Assembly (NCBI GenBank): GCA_044344255.1
Contig: JBIJDH010000003.1
Location: 160,001-224,000, forward strand
From: Myxococcota bacterium
GTDB taxonomy: Bacteria; Myxococcota_A; UBA796; UBA2385
Direction: 5' to 3'
DNA: 64,000 nt
This document shows positions 1 to 9,597 of this stretch, piece after piece. A program made the position numbers and the translations under genes. The notes below the pieces were generated by a model. The model saw only the letters and a list, made by a program, of their open reading frames with translations. It was not told the origin of the DNA and did not search any database. Numbering within the stretch: the stretch's first letter is position 1; every line of letters starts with the position of its first letter.

Positions 1-1382
1 ATGGTGAGGCGGTCCCGCCCGGCCAGCCGGGCGTGCTCATCAGCAAGCGCACCTACGAGAAGCTGGTCAAGAACAAGATCGCCCGCGACATCGACTCCAT
101 TTGGAAAGAGTGGAAGGACGACGGCACGCGGATCAGCGAGGATCGCGGTCTCCAGGAGGAGGTGTCCCGGCTGGCCCGGCAGTATCAGCGAATCACCTTC
201 CAGGTGAACCCGTCGGAGGTCCCGGCCCTGGTCGCCAAGCTGAAGGCAATCCTCCCCGAGGCCGGCACGGACGACCTCTCCGAGCTCACCCAGAGCTTCC
301 TTGCCTTCGACGACTCGAACATCGAGGCGCGGCACGCCTTCTTCTACGAGAGTATCGCGCCGCTCATCCGCCTCTATGACTTCCCCGTCGGCTCGGAGAT
401 CACGCTCCGTTCGTTCACAAACTCCGGCTACCTCCGCTCGGTGAACGTAAAGGTCTATGGGACCTACGAGTTCAAGGGGCAGGAGAAGTCCGACCTCGGC
501 TCGGCCCTCAACCTCGTAGATCTCGACACCTTCCGCTCGCTGTACGGCAAGATGTCGAGCGCCCAGATGGCCGAGCTGGCCGACATTCGCAGCGAGGTGG
601 GCGTCAAGGACATCAGCCGCGAGGACGCCGAGGACGAGCTCTTCGGCAGCGGGTCGATCGAGGTCCCCTCTGAGGCCCCGTCGGAGGTCGCGCCGACCGA
701 GGGGGCCCCCGCCGAGGCCCTGGCGCCCTCGCCCGCCGGCGAGGCCCCGGTCCCGGTGGCGGCTCTCGCCGCGGCTCCCGCGGACGACGGTGGATCGCTG
801 GCGATCAACGCGGCCATCGTGCTGAAAGATCCCTCCAAGACCAAGGAGACCCAGGCCGCCATCGAGGCCCTTTCGAAGGCGGAGGGCCTGGGCGTGCAGG
901 TCATCGACTGGCAGGAGGCGGCGGGTCTGCTCGGGCAGCTCGTCACGGTGGTGCGCGGCGTGCTCGTCGCCCTGCTGCTGGTGATCTTCATCGTCGCGCT
1001 GTTCATCATCAACAACACGACCGTGATGGCGACGATGGACCGTGTGGGCGAGATCGGCACGATGCGGGCCATCGGCGCCCCTCGGGCGCTCGTGGTGCTG
1101 CTCTTCCTCTTCGAGACGGCGGCCCTCGGCCTCGTCGCCGGCGGGCTCGGGGCGGCCGCTGGGGCCGGCCTGGTCCTGTTCTGGGGGCAGATCGGCCTGC
1201 CGGCAGGGGCAGACTTCCTCGTCTTCATCTTCGCCGGGCCGAGGCTCTACCCGACCGTCGGCCCCGAGCACATCGCCATCGGCATCGCCTCTGTGCTGAT
1301 GGTGGCCTTGGTGAGCGCGGCCTATCCGGCGCTGCTGGCCTCGCGCATCGCCCCGATCGTCGCCATGCAGGGCAAGGAGTGA
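1..1382 (+). CDS. ABC transporter permease, FtsX/MacB/LolC-E-like (5' truncated by window edge)
   Basis: Frame is open from the window start. C-terminal FtsX signature DRVGEIGTMRAIGA followed by three TM segments and PIVAMQ. Large periplasmic region with an acidic Pro/Ala linker. Confidence 0.85.
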   Translation, partial: GEAVPPGQPGVLISKRTYEKLVKNKIARDIDSIWKEWKDDGTRISEDRGLQEEVSRLARQYQRITFQVNPSEVPALVAKLKAILPEAGTDDLSELTQSFLAFDDSNIEARHAFFYESIAPLIRLYDFPVGSEITLRSFTNSGYLRSVNVKVYGTYEFKGQEKSDLGSALNLVDLDTFRSLYGKMSSAQMAELADIRSEVGVKDISREDAEDELFGSGSIEVPSEAPSEVAPTEGAPAEALAPSPAGEAPVPVAALAAAPADDGGSLAINAAIVLKDPSKTKETQAAIEALSKAEGLGVQVIDWQEAAGLLGQLVTVVRGVLVALLLVIFIVALFIINNTTVMATMDRVGEIGTMRAIGAPRALVVLLFLFETAALGLVAGGLGAAAGAGLVLFWGQIGLPAGADFLVFIFAGPRLYPTVGPEHIAIGIASVLMVALVSAAYPALLASRIAPIVAMQGKE

Positions 1383-2728
1383 ACATGCAGATCATCTTTA
1401 CGATCGCGCTCCGCAACCTCATCGGCGCCCGCCGTCGCACCGCCTTGCTCAGCATGGCGGTGGGCACGGTGACGATGATGCTCGTGCTCATGTTCAGCCT
1501 GTCGGCGGGCATCGAGGACAACCTCGTCTCGGCGGCCACGACCCTCGCCACCGGCCACGTCAACGTGGCGGGCTTCTACAAGTCCACGCCGGGGGAGGCC
1601 ATCCCCGTGGTCACCAAGCTCTCGGAGGTCAAGAAGATCGTCGAGGAGAACACGCCGGGCATCGACTATGTCATCGACCGCCAGCGCGGCTGGGGCAAGG
1701 TGATCAGCGACACGGGCTCGATTCAGGCCGGCCTCAACGGCATCGACGCCAAGCAGGAGTCCCGCTTCTTCGAGAAGCTGCGCCTCGCGCCGCTCTCGGA
1801 CTATGTCGAGGGGGGTGGCTCCGAGCTGGAGGGGGACACCCGAAAGCTCAGCGAGCCGCACTCGGTCGTGCTCTTCGCCAGCCAGGCCAAGCGGATCGGC
1901 GTGCGGGTGGGCGACAGCATCACCGTGCAGACCGAGACCTTCGGCGGGCGGACCAACACGGTGGACGCCACCGTGGTCGCCGTGGCGAAGGACCAGGGAC
2001 TGCTCAGCAACTGGACGGTGTTCATCCCCCGAGCGGACGCGGTCGAGCTCTATCAGTTTGATGAGGACACCTCCGGGGCGCTCTGGATCTACCTGAAGGA
2101 CATCGACCAGGCCGAGGCCGTGATGGTGCAGCTCCGCGAGGTGCTGGCCGCCAAGGGGTACGGCATCATGGAGCACGAGGAGAAGCCCTTCTACATGAAG
2201 TTCGAGACGGTCCAAGGTGAAGACTGGACCGGCCAGAGGCTCGATCTCACCATCTGGAAGGACGAGGTCTCCTTCCTCACCTACATCTTGAAGGGCTTCA
2301 ACCTGCTCACCTCGGGCCTCATCGCGATCCTCGTCGCGCTCATCGTCGTGGGCATCTCGAACACCATGTGGAACGTGGTGCGGGAGCGCACGAAGGAGAT
2401 CGGCACGATGCGGGCGATCGGCATGGGCAGCGGCCGCGTGCTGGTGCTCATCCTGCTCGAGGCGGTGCTGCTCGGACTCGTGGCCACCACCGGCGGGGCG
2501 ATCCTCGGCGCGCTGGTCGCCGCGGGGGTCAACGCCATCGGCATCGAGGTCAGCAATGTGGCCTTCCAGAGCATCCTCCTGGCCGACCGCGTCCGCCTGA
2601 GCGTCCATGCGAGCTCGCTCATCGGCTCGATCGGCGCGCTGAGCCTCGTCACTGGCCTCGCCGCCATCTGGCCCGCGATCCGCGGCGCCTCTGTCCCCCC
2701 TGTCACCGCCATCCAGACTGTGGAGTGA
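1379..2728 (+). CDS. ABC transporter permease, FtsX/MacB family
   Basis: N-terminal IALRNL..RRRTALL plus TM; ERTKEIGTMRAIGM motif; ends PPVTAIQ. GTGA overlap with the upstream gene (ATG at 1385 is an alternative start). Confidence 0.88.
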   Translation: MNMQIIFTIALRNLIGARRRTALLSMAVGTVTMMLVLMFSLSAGIEDNLVSAATTLATGHVNVAGFYKSTPGEAIPVVTKLSEVKKIVEENTPGIDYVIDRQRGWGKVISDTGSIQAGLNGIDAKQESRFFEKLRLAPLSDYVEGGGSELEGDTRKLSEPHSVVLFASQAKRIGVRVGDSITVQTETFGGRTNTVDATVVAVAKDQGLLSNWTVFIPRADAVELYQFDEDTSGALWIYLKDIDQAEAVMVQLREVLAAKGYGIMEHEEKPFYMKFETVQGEDWTGQRLDLTIWKDEVSFLTYILKGFNLLTSGLIAILVALIVVGISNTMWNVVRERTKEIGTMRAIGMGSGRVLVLILLEAVLLGLVATTGGAILGALVAAGVNAIGIEVSNVAFQSILLADRVRLSVHASSLIGSIGALSLVTGLAAIWPAIRGASVPPVTAIQTVE

Positions 2729-2733
2729 CCCTC

Positions 2734-3573
2734 ATGGCACCGCACCGTGGAGCGCCAGTCCGCTCCTCCCGTCCCTTCTCCTCTGGTTCGCTCCGGACCC
2801 TCGCCCTCGGCTTGGCGATGCTCTTCCCGAGCCTCCTGGCCTCCGGCGACGCGCTAGCCGCCCCGACCGCCGGGGAGATGGTGGGCTGGCTCAAGACCGT
2901 CGATGACCGCCAGCAGAACAACGGCGACTACCACAGCACCTTCTTCCTCGAGCAGAAAGAGGCCGGCAAGAGCGATCTTGTCTATCAGGGTGACGTCTAT
3001 CGCCGCGACGTGTCGGACAAGCTGGTGATCCTCTTCTCGAAGCCCCAGGCCGAGGCGGGGAAGGGCTACCTTCGGGTAGACGACAACCTCTTCTTCTATG
3101 ACCCGACGGTGGGCAAGTGGGAGCGGCGCACCGAGCGGGAGCGTATCGGGGGCACCTCGTCCCAACGGCAGGACTTCGATCAGTCCCGCCTCGCCGAGGA
3201 GTTCGATCCGGTCTATGTCGCATCCGAGAAGCTCGGTCAATACACGGTCGACCACCTGAAGCTCACCGCCAAGGCGGGGGTGGACGTCGCCTATCCCATC
3301 GTCGAGCTGTGGATCGACCACGCCACCAATAACGTGCTGAAGCGACAGGACTTTGCCCTCTCGAACAAGCTGATGCGCACGACCCTTTACCCGAAGTGGG
3401 ACAAGGCGATGAGCGCCACAAAGAAGGCGGAGGTCTACTTCCCGAAGGAGATCCGCATCTACGACGAGGTGCAGAAGGGCAACCAGACCACCGTGGTGAT
3501 GCAGAAGGTCGACCTCACTGCGCAAGAGGACACCATCTTCTCCAAGGCCTGGCTCGAGAGCAAGTCCCGATGA
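2734..3573 (+). CDS. Outer membrane lipoprotein-sorting (LolA-like) periplasmic protein
   Basis: Start re-called at ATG 2734, 5 nt after the permease stop. Signal peptide ending ALA; GKGYLRVDDNLFFYDP..ERIGGT..DF pattern typical of LolA-like proteins found beside FtsX permeases. Confidence 0.75.
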   Translation: MAPHRGAPVRSSRPFSSGSLRTLALGLAMLFPSLLASGDALAAPTAGEMVGWLKTVDDRQQNNGDYHSTFFLEQKEAGKSDLVYQGDVYRRDVSDKLVILFSKPQAEAGKGYLRVDDNLFFYDPTVGKWERRTERERIGGTSSQRQDFDQSRLAEEFDPVYVASEKLGQYTVDHLKLTAKAGVDVAYPIVELWIDHATNNVLKRQDFALSNKLMRTTLYPKWDKAMSATKKAEVYFPKEIRIYDEVQKGNQTTVVMQKVDLTAQEDTIFSKAWLESKSR

Positions 3574-5087
3574 GCCCGCTCTGGCTGGCCCTCCACGCGG
3601 CGGCCTGGGCGGCTCCAGAGGAGGCGCCTCCGGCGGAGACGACCCCGTCTCAGGCGGAGGAGGACGCGCTGTTCGGCGGGGGAGGGGAGGTCACTCCTGC
3701 GGCGGACACGCTCGTCCCGCCGGCCGACGCCGCTCCGCTGCTCACCGGGGACCGGGACGGCGACGTGCTCTCCGGCGCCGGCATCGATCAGGCCGGCATG
3801 CTCGACAAGCTGCTCTTGGCCGATGACCGATTGACGGTGGGCGGACAGCTCTATCTGCGAGCCAACCTCTCGGCGCCGGTGGAGCCGGAGCTCGAGGATG
3901 TCACCCTCTCCACCCCGAACCTGCTCGACCTCTTCCTGGACGGTCGCCCGAACGACCGGGTGCGGGCCTTCGCCCAGGCGCGGCTCGCCCACGATGCGTC
4001 GATCTCGGCGGACGGGGTGAACACATTCGGACAGACCGTGCAGCGGAGCAAGGTCACCCTGGATCAGGCCTGGCTGAAATTCGACATCGGCCGGCGGCTC
4101 TATGTCACTGCGGGCCAGCAGCGGATCAAGTGGGGAGCGGGGCGCTTCTGGAACCCGACCGACTTCATGAACCAGCAGAAGCTCGACGCGCTCGCGGCCT
4201 ATGACGAGCGCACTGGGGTCGGGCTCGTCAAGCTCCACCTCCCCCTCGAGGACATCGGAACAAACCTCTACCTTGTCGGGAACATCGACGGGGCCGATCA
4301 CCTGGACGAGGTCGGCGGCGCCCTGCGGGCTGAGGTCTTGCTCGGCAACACTGAGCTCAGCACGACGGCGGCCCTCCGAAAGGACCAGCCCACCCGCCTC
4401 GGCCTCGACCTCTCGAGCGGCCTCTGGATCTTTGACGTCCACGCCGAGGGGGCCGTGCAGCACGGCAACACCCAGCCCTTCTATGAAGGGGAGCTCGACC
4501 TCGAGGGCTTCCAGTTCCCCGAGACGGTGAGCCGGGAGGATGATTGGATCCCCCAGGTGAACGCGGGCGCCGAGGTCACCTTCAAATATTCGGACCAGGA
4601 CACCTTCTCGGTCGGGGCCGAGTATTTCTTCAATGACGCCGGCTATGACGACAAGGGGATCTACCCCTGGCTCCTGTTCGGGGAGTCGGTGACCTGCGCG
4701 GTGGACAACCTCGCCGACGCCGCTGCGGCCGAGGCCTGCGTCGAGCAGGCCGGCTCCCAGTACACGCCCTTCTACGTGGGGAGGCAGTACGCGGCGGTCT
4801 ACGGCTACGTCCCGAACCCGGGCGCCTGGAACCACACGAGCTTCACCGTGAGCGGGATCATGAACCTGTCGGATCGGAGCGGTGTCGTCCGCATCGACCA
4901 CAGCGTCACGGTGCTGACCTACCTCACCGTCAACACCTATGTCTCGGGCCGGGTGGGCGAGGCGGGCGGTGAGTTCAAGTATTCGCTCTCCATCCCCGCG
5001 GTGCCCGGCGTGAGCGGCCTCGAGGAGGGCTTCGACATCGCGGCGCCGCTCGGGGAGGTCGGGGTCGGCGCCCGCCTCAAGTTCTGA
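3570..5087 (+). CDS. Putative outer-membrane beta-barrel protein
   Basis: ATGA overlap with the previous gene. Signal peptide; LDQAWLKF..GQQRIKWGAGRFWNPTDF porin-like segment; alternating beta-strand pattern; C-terminal Phe (GARLKF). Confidence 0.7.
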   Translation: MSPLWLALHAAAWAAPEEAPPAETTPSQAEEDALFGGGGEVTPAADTLVPPADAAPLLTGDRDGDVLSGAGIDQAGMLDKLLLADDRLTVGGQLYLRANLSAPVEPELEDVTLSTPNLLDLFLDGRPNDRVRAFAQARLAHDASISADGVNTFGQTVQRSKVTLDQAWLKFDIGRRLYVTAGQQRIKWGAGRFWNPTDFMNQQKLDALAAYDERTGVGLVKLHLPLEDIGTNLYLVGNIDGADHLDEVGGALRAEVLLGNTELSTTAALRKDQPTRLGLDLSSGLWIFDVHAEGAVQHGNTQPFYEGELDLEGFQFPETVSREDDWIPQVNAGAEVTFKYSDQDTFSVGAEYFFNDAGYDDKGIYPWLLFGESVTCAVDNLADAAAAEACVEQAGSQYTPFYVGRQYAAVYGYVPNPGAWNHTSFTVSGIMNLSDRSGVVRIDHSVTVLTYLTVNTYVSGRVGEAGGEFKYSLSIPAVPGVSGLEEGFDIAAPLGEVGVGARLKF

Positions 5088-5115
5088 CGGGCCCGGCGGC
5101 GGCGGGGGTCGGGGC

Positions 5116-5619
5116 TCAGGGCGCCGCGGTGGCGACGATCGCGGCCAGGGAAGACTCGTCGAGGGTCCCGTGGACCGCCTTCACCACGCCGCCGTCGGGG
5201 CCGATGATCACCGTGGTGGGCAACACCGAGACGTCGTAGGCCCGCACGGCGGCCGAGTTGGCCATGGCGACCGGCCACGTGATGCCGAAGCGTTTCGCGG
5301 CCTGCGCGACCTCGGGGGCCTCGCCGGAGTCTACCGCGACGCCGAGCATGGCCACGTCCGGATGGCTCGTGTGGAAGCGAGCGAAGTCGGGGATCTCCCG
5401 CTTGCAGGGGCCGCACCAGGAGGCCCAGAAGTTGAGCACCAGCGTCTGACCCTTGAAGGAGTCGAGCTCCACGGTGGCCCCGTCGAGCTGCTGGAGGCTG
5501 AATTCCGGGGCCTTGGGACCGAGGTCTGGGCCTCCGCCGCTGCGCCAGCCGCTGACCAGCAAGAAGACGGCGACGGCGATGAGGAGGGCGATGGCCCAGT
5601 CGGTGATCATTCGGCGCAT
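5116..5619 (-). CDS. TlpA/ResA-family membrane-anchored thiol-disulfide oxidoreductase
   Basis: N-terminal TM; APEFSL..LNFWASWCGPCKREIP; LPTTVII. Confidence 0.9.
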   Translation of the reverse strand: MRRMITDWAIALLIAVAVFLLVSGWRSGGGPDLGPKAPEFSLQQLDGATVELDSFKGQTLVLNFWASWCGPCKREIPDFARFHTSHPDVAMLGVAVDSGEAPEVAQAAKRFGITWPVAMANSAAVRAYDVSVLPTTVIIGPDGGVVKAVHGTLDESSLAAIVATAAP

Positions 5620-5675
5620 CTCCCCGTATGCCCGCCGGGGAGGCCTTCGGCAAGGGCCGTGTTAGGCGCGGGTCC

Positions 5676-6539
5676 ATGTTGTCGCCTCACGCTCTGCGCC
5701 ATGGGTCGCTGTCCTTGCCTGCCGCTGGCCGGCGGCGCGCCCTCGGCGGCGGCCTGAGGCTCCTCCTGGGCCCCCTGGTCGGCCTCGGGGCCGCCTGGTC
5801 TCCGCCGAGCGCCGCCCTCACCGTGCCCTCGGGCTGGACCGAGGTGGCCCCGGGGCGCGCCCTCTTGATCCCCGCCGAGCCAGGGCGCGGCGAGCTGCGC
5901 GAGCTCCGGATGAGCGGCGGCTCCGGCGAGCCGGAGGAGCTCATCCTCGGCCTCCGGGCCCTCGGCCTGCCCCCGTCGGGCTTCGGCCGAGAGGCACAGG
6001 CGGTCTCGCTCTCCTTCCCCGATCGGCTGGGGCGGGCGCGGGTGCGGCTGGAGGGGGGCGTGGCGATCTGGGTGGTCGTGCTGGCCAGCCCCGCCGCCGC
6101 CGGGAGCCTCGATCCCGACGCCGTCCTGGTCGCGGCGCTGGCCCCCACCGAGCTGGCTTGGGGCGCCGTCACCCCGCTCGCGGGCGGCGGAGACGGCAGC
6201 GTCTGGGGGGCTGGCGCCGCGCCGGCCGTCACCACCTGGGATCCCGGCTCGGCCGAGCCTTGGTCCCTCGACAGCGGGCTGGTCGGCAGCTGGTCCGGCT
6301 CGGCCCTCATCCAGGGTCGCCCGGTCACCGTCGAGCTTCGTTTCGACAGCTCGGGGAGGGCCACCCTGGTCCAGAAGACCGAGCGGATAAACGAGACCCA
6401 CTCGGGCAGCTGGTCTACCCGGCGCGGCCTCCTCCGCCTCACCGTCCCCGGCGGCGGCGAGGGGCTCACCTATGAGCTCATGGGCTCCACCCTCAGCCTC
6501 GACTACGGCGGCGGGCGTGTCGCCATGCACCGGTCGTGA
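5676..6539 (+). CDS. Hypothetical exported protein with C-terminal beta-rich (lipocalin-like) domain
   Basis: Signal-like segment; LVGSWSG..HSGSWSTRRGLLRL pattern; fills the gap between tlpA and trmH. Start uncertain (5628 or 5676). Confidence 0.5.
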   Translation: MLSPHALRHGSLSLPAAGRRRALGGGLRLLLGPLVGLGAAWSPPSAALTVPSGWTEVAPGRALLIPAEPGRGELRELRMSGGSGEPEELILGLRALGLPPSGFGREAQAVSLSFPDRLGRARVRLEGGVAIWVVVLASPAAAGSLDPDAVLVAALAPTELAWGAVTPLAGGGDGSVWGAGAAPAVTTWDPGSAEPWSLDSGLVGSWSGSALIQGRPVTVELRFDSSGRATLVQKTERINETHSGSWSTRRGLLRLTVPGGGEGLTYELMGSTLSLDYGGGRVAMHRS

Positions 6540-6593
6540 GCGCCCCTTCGCCTCGTTGAGCAGCGCCCCGGAAGCGGGCAGCAGGAGGTCCGG

Positions 6594-7229
6594 ATGAGCA
6601 TCACGGAGCGGCGGAGAGAGCGGGTCCGGGAGGCCTTGGCGGCCCGGATCGGCAGCGTTGTGGTGGTCGCCGAGGCCGTCCAGCGGCGCCACAACGTGAG
6701 CGCGATCCTGCGCAGCACCGAGGCCTTCGGGCTGCATGAGGTGCACCTCGTCACCGGCGTCTTCCGGCCCAGCCGGGGGGCCTCGCGGGGCTCGGAGCGT
6801 TGGCTGGAGCTGCACCGGCACGCCGAGGTCGAGGAGGCGGTGGCGGGCCTGAAGGCGCGCGGCTTTCGGCTGTACGTGGCCGACCTCGACCAAGACGCGG
6901 TCCCCCCCGAGCGGGTGCCCGTCGATCAGCCAGTGGCGCTGCTGTTCGGCAGTGAGCTGCGCGGGGTCAGTGAGGCGGCGCGGGCCCTGGCCGACGGCTT
7001 CGTGACCGTGCCGATGCGCGGCCTCACGGAGTCCCTCAACGTATCGGTCGCCTCTGCCTGTACCCTCCAAGTGGTGGCCGAGCGGCGGCGGGCGGTGGTC
7101 GGGGGAGGCGACCTCTCCCCGGAGCGACAGGCGGCCTTCTACGCCGACTGGCTCGTGCGCGAAGAGGCCGGCGAGGAGGGCATGCGGGCCCGGGTGGGTG
7201 GGCCTCAGGCAGCGATCGACAGGGCCTGA
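6594..7229 (+). CDS. trmH: SpoU/TrmH-family RNA 2'-O-methyltransferase
   Basis: HNVSAILRSTEAFG, LLFGSELRGVS, VPMRGLTESLNVSVA SPOUT motifs; GGAGG SD upstream. Confidence 0.85.
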   Translation: MSITERRRERVREALAARIGSVVVVAEAVQRRHNVSAILRSTEAFGLHEVHLVTGVFRPSRGASRGSERWLELHRHAEVEEAVAGLKARGFRLYVADLDQDAVPPERVPVDQPVALLFGSELRGVSEAARALADGFVTVPMRGLTESLNVSVASACTLQVVAERRRAVVGGGDLSPERQAAFYADWLVREEAGEEGMRARVGGPQAAIDRA

Positions 7230-8461
7230 CGGACGAGGCCCTGCCGAGGGTCCCCGTCGGGGAGCTCAGAGATCAACCGACGGGCGATGACCGGAGTCTC
7301 TGGATCTTCCGCGTTTCTCGCTCGCAGCAGGAGGAGGTAACGGTCCTCCCAGGCCGGCTCCATGCCGCTCTTCGCGAGCTCGGCGAGCAGCTCGGCCACC
7401 CGCTCGGGGTGCACGCGGTCCTCGAGCAACAGTCGGGCCAGCAGGCGACCGGAGTGGACGTCGAAGCGCTGGTTTCCGCACTTTCCGGGGCTCGAACAGC
7501 AGCGGCTGAGGCCCCCCTCGAGGGCGTTCATGGCGCCCACGCGGTCGTCTTGGCGGAGGCGCGCCTGGGCCAGCAGGCGGTAGAGCCCGAGGTCGGTGCC
7601 CGCGCGCTTGAGCAGGGCCACGGTCGCGCGCTCGGCGGCGGGGGCGTCATCGGTGAGCAGCAGGAGCTCGGCGCGGGTGGCGGCGAGGGCGAGGTCGTCG
7701 CTCTTCGAGAGCTCGGCCTGCACGACGGTGAGGGCGTCTGCGCTCTTGCCGAGGCGGATGAGCACCTGGGCGAGCAGCACGGCGGAGTGCTGGGGGCCCA
7801 CGCGGCAGTGACCGACCAGCGCGCCGAAAGTGTGGAGATCGGCGGCGGCGAGGGCGAGCTGACCGGCCTGCAGGGCGGCGCGGGCGCGCTCGAAGCGGGC
7901 GACCGGCTCTTGCTCCACCCAGGCGCCGAGGGCCTCCCAGGCCACCCGGGGGTCGCCGTCCTCCAGCGTGAGCACGGCGCGGGCGAAGTCGGGCCCGAGG
8001 CGGATGAGGCGCTCGCGGAGGGGGTCGGGCCAGGCCTCGAGCAACATCGCGTAGCGGAGGCGCGGGTCGTCGGCGGGCAGGGACCACAAGGGATCATTGC
8101 CCTCCACGGGGGCGGCCACCGCGGCGGGCTGGGCCGTCACGAGGGCCGTCTCCTGCTTCATCTCTCGCGCCTTCCGCCGGGTGGCTCGCACCGCGGCGGG
8201 GTCTGCGCCGAAGGTCATCGCCATCTCGATGTGCTCGCGGGCCCGCTCGGGCTCGCCAGCCTCCAGCAGCACCTCCGCCTCGGCGAGGTTGAGGGCGGCG
8301 AGGCGCTGGCTGGCCTCGGCGTGCATCGCGCGGGCGGGCCCGTCCTCGAGGCCGTCCAGCTCGAGGCGCACCTCGTTCCATTGGCCCTTGGCAAAGAGGC
8401 GCTCGGCCTTCTTCAGGCGGGAGGCGGGGTCGTTGCCGAAGAGGCGCGCCAAGAAGCTCAT
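7205..8461 (-). CDS. TPR-like helical repeat protein
   Basis: Ala/Leu-rich helical repeats; MSFLARLFG start directly abutting the def stop; contains CCSSPGKC. Confidence 0.65.
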   Translation of the reverse strand: MSFLARLFGNDPASRLKKAERLFAKGQWNEVRLELDGLEDGPARAMHAEASQRLAALNLAEAEVLLEAGEPERAREHIEMAMTFGADPAAVRATRRKAREMKQETALVTAQPAAVAAPVEGNDPLWSLPADDPRLRYAMLLEAWPDPLRERLIRLGPDFARAVLTLEDGDPRVAWEALGAWVEQEPVARFERARAALQAGQLALAAADLHTFGALVGHCRVGPQHSAVLLAQVLIRLGKSADALTVVQAELSKSDDLALAATRAELLLLTDDAPAAERATVALLKRAGTDLGLYRLLAQARLRQDDRVGAMNALEGGLSRCCSSPGKCGNQRFDVHSGRLLARLLLEDRVHPERVAELLAELAKSGMEPAWEDRYLLLLRARNAEDPETPVIARRLISELPDGDPRQGLVRQALSIAA

Positions 8462-9019
8462 CTACTCTTCTCCTCCTTCAGCGCCCTCGTCTCCCGGCTC
8501 GTCGTCGTCTTCTTCGGAGAGGGGACCGTACTTCCGGTGCTCTTCGAGGTAGGTGAGGGTGCGTGCCTCCACCTTGTCCACGTACAGCAGCCCGTCAAGG
8601 TGGTCGCACTCATGCTGGGCGACGATGGCCGGGAAGCCCCTCAGGCGGAGGTGCACCCGCTCTGCGCGCTCGTTCCAGGCCTTCACCTCGATGGCCGCGG
8701 GTCGGGAGACGTAGCCGCGGAGGCCGGGGACGCTGAGGCAACCCTCGAACATGCCGGCCTGCTCGTCTCCCTCGACGGTGATCTCGGGGTTGATCCAGAC
8801 CCGCATGCCCGCCTCGTCGTCGAGGCGGAGCACCACGACGCGGAGGGGCTCGTGGATCTGGGGCGCGGCGAGCCCGGCGCCATCGGCGTCCTCGACGGTG
8901 TCGAGGAGGTCTGCGATGAGGCGCTGGACGGCGACGCTGCGGATGCGCTCGCGGGGCACGGGCTCCGCGATCTGCCGGAGGATGGGGTGCCCGAGACGGG
9001 CGATCTTTCGGATGGCCAT
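8462..9019 (-). CDS. def: Peptide deformylase
   Basis: GAGLAAPQ, EGCLSVPG, QHECDHLDG motifs. Start re-called to MAIRKIARLGHP. Confidence 0.95.
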   Translation of the reverse strand: MAIRKIARLGHPILRQIAEPVPRERIRSVAVQRLIADLLDTVEDADGAGLAAPQIHEPLRVVVLRLDDEAGMRVWINPEITVEGDEQAGMFEGCLSVPGLRGYVSRPAAIEVKAWNERAERVHLRLRGFPAIVAQHECDHLDGLLYVDKVEARTLTYLEEHRKYGPLSEEDDDEPGDEGAEGGEE

Positions 9020-9059
9020 GGCGCGCGCATAACACCGGCCAATCGCGGCGCCCGTGCGC

Positions 9060-9088
9060 TTGCACCGGCTGCGCCGCACGGGTAGAGC
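9060..9088 (+). promoter_or_regulatory. Sigma70-like promoter upstream of ferredoxin
   Basis: TTGCAC-N17-TAGAGC, overlapped by the inverted repeat CCCGTGCG/CGCACGGG (9051-9082). Confidence 0.4.
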
Positions 9089-9198
9089 CCGCGCTCCCTT
9101 GGTTCCTCCGAGCCCTCCCGTGCGGGTCCCGAAGGTCTCATCACCTACGCGTTCTCATCTCCCAAAAAGTAGTTCTCCCCTGAGGAGGAGCGAGCATC

Positions 9199-9456
9199 AT
9201 GGCTGACGCAGCAAACAAGTGGGCCGATAACGTCGGTGGGCAATCGGTGGTCAAGGGCAAGCGCGTGTCCTTCTTCGTGGACAAGGAGTGCATCCTGTGC
9301 TCGGTCTGCTCGGACGCCGCGCCCAACAACTTCCGCATGAGCGACGACGAAGATCACGACATCTGCTACAAGCAGCCGGACAGCGAGGAAGAGCTGAGCC
9401 AGTGTTACGAGGCGGTCGAGAACTGCCCCGTCGAGGCCATCGGCGACAACGGCTGA
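9199..9456 (+). CDS. Single-cluster [4Fe-4S] ferredoxin
   Basis: CILCSVC...CPVEAIG; acidic 85 aa; strong GAGGAGG SD. Confidence 0.9.
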   Translation: MADAANKWADNVGGQSVVKGKRVSFFVDKECILCSVCSDAAPNNFRMSDDEDHDICYKQPDSEEELSQCYEAVENCPVEAIGDNG

Positions 9457-9597
9457 GGCCGGAGGCGCGCGACCTCCGGGGGCTGAGGCCCGAGCCTCCC
9501 CCCGGAATGCGCCCGCCTGGGGTGGTGGACGCCGGGGCCATCGGTTAGCCCGCGCCCCCTGCGGGGCCGAGGATGGCCCCCGGCTCCCGGGAGTGAC

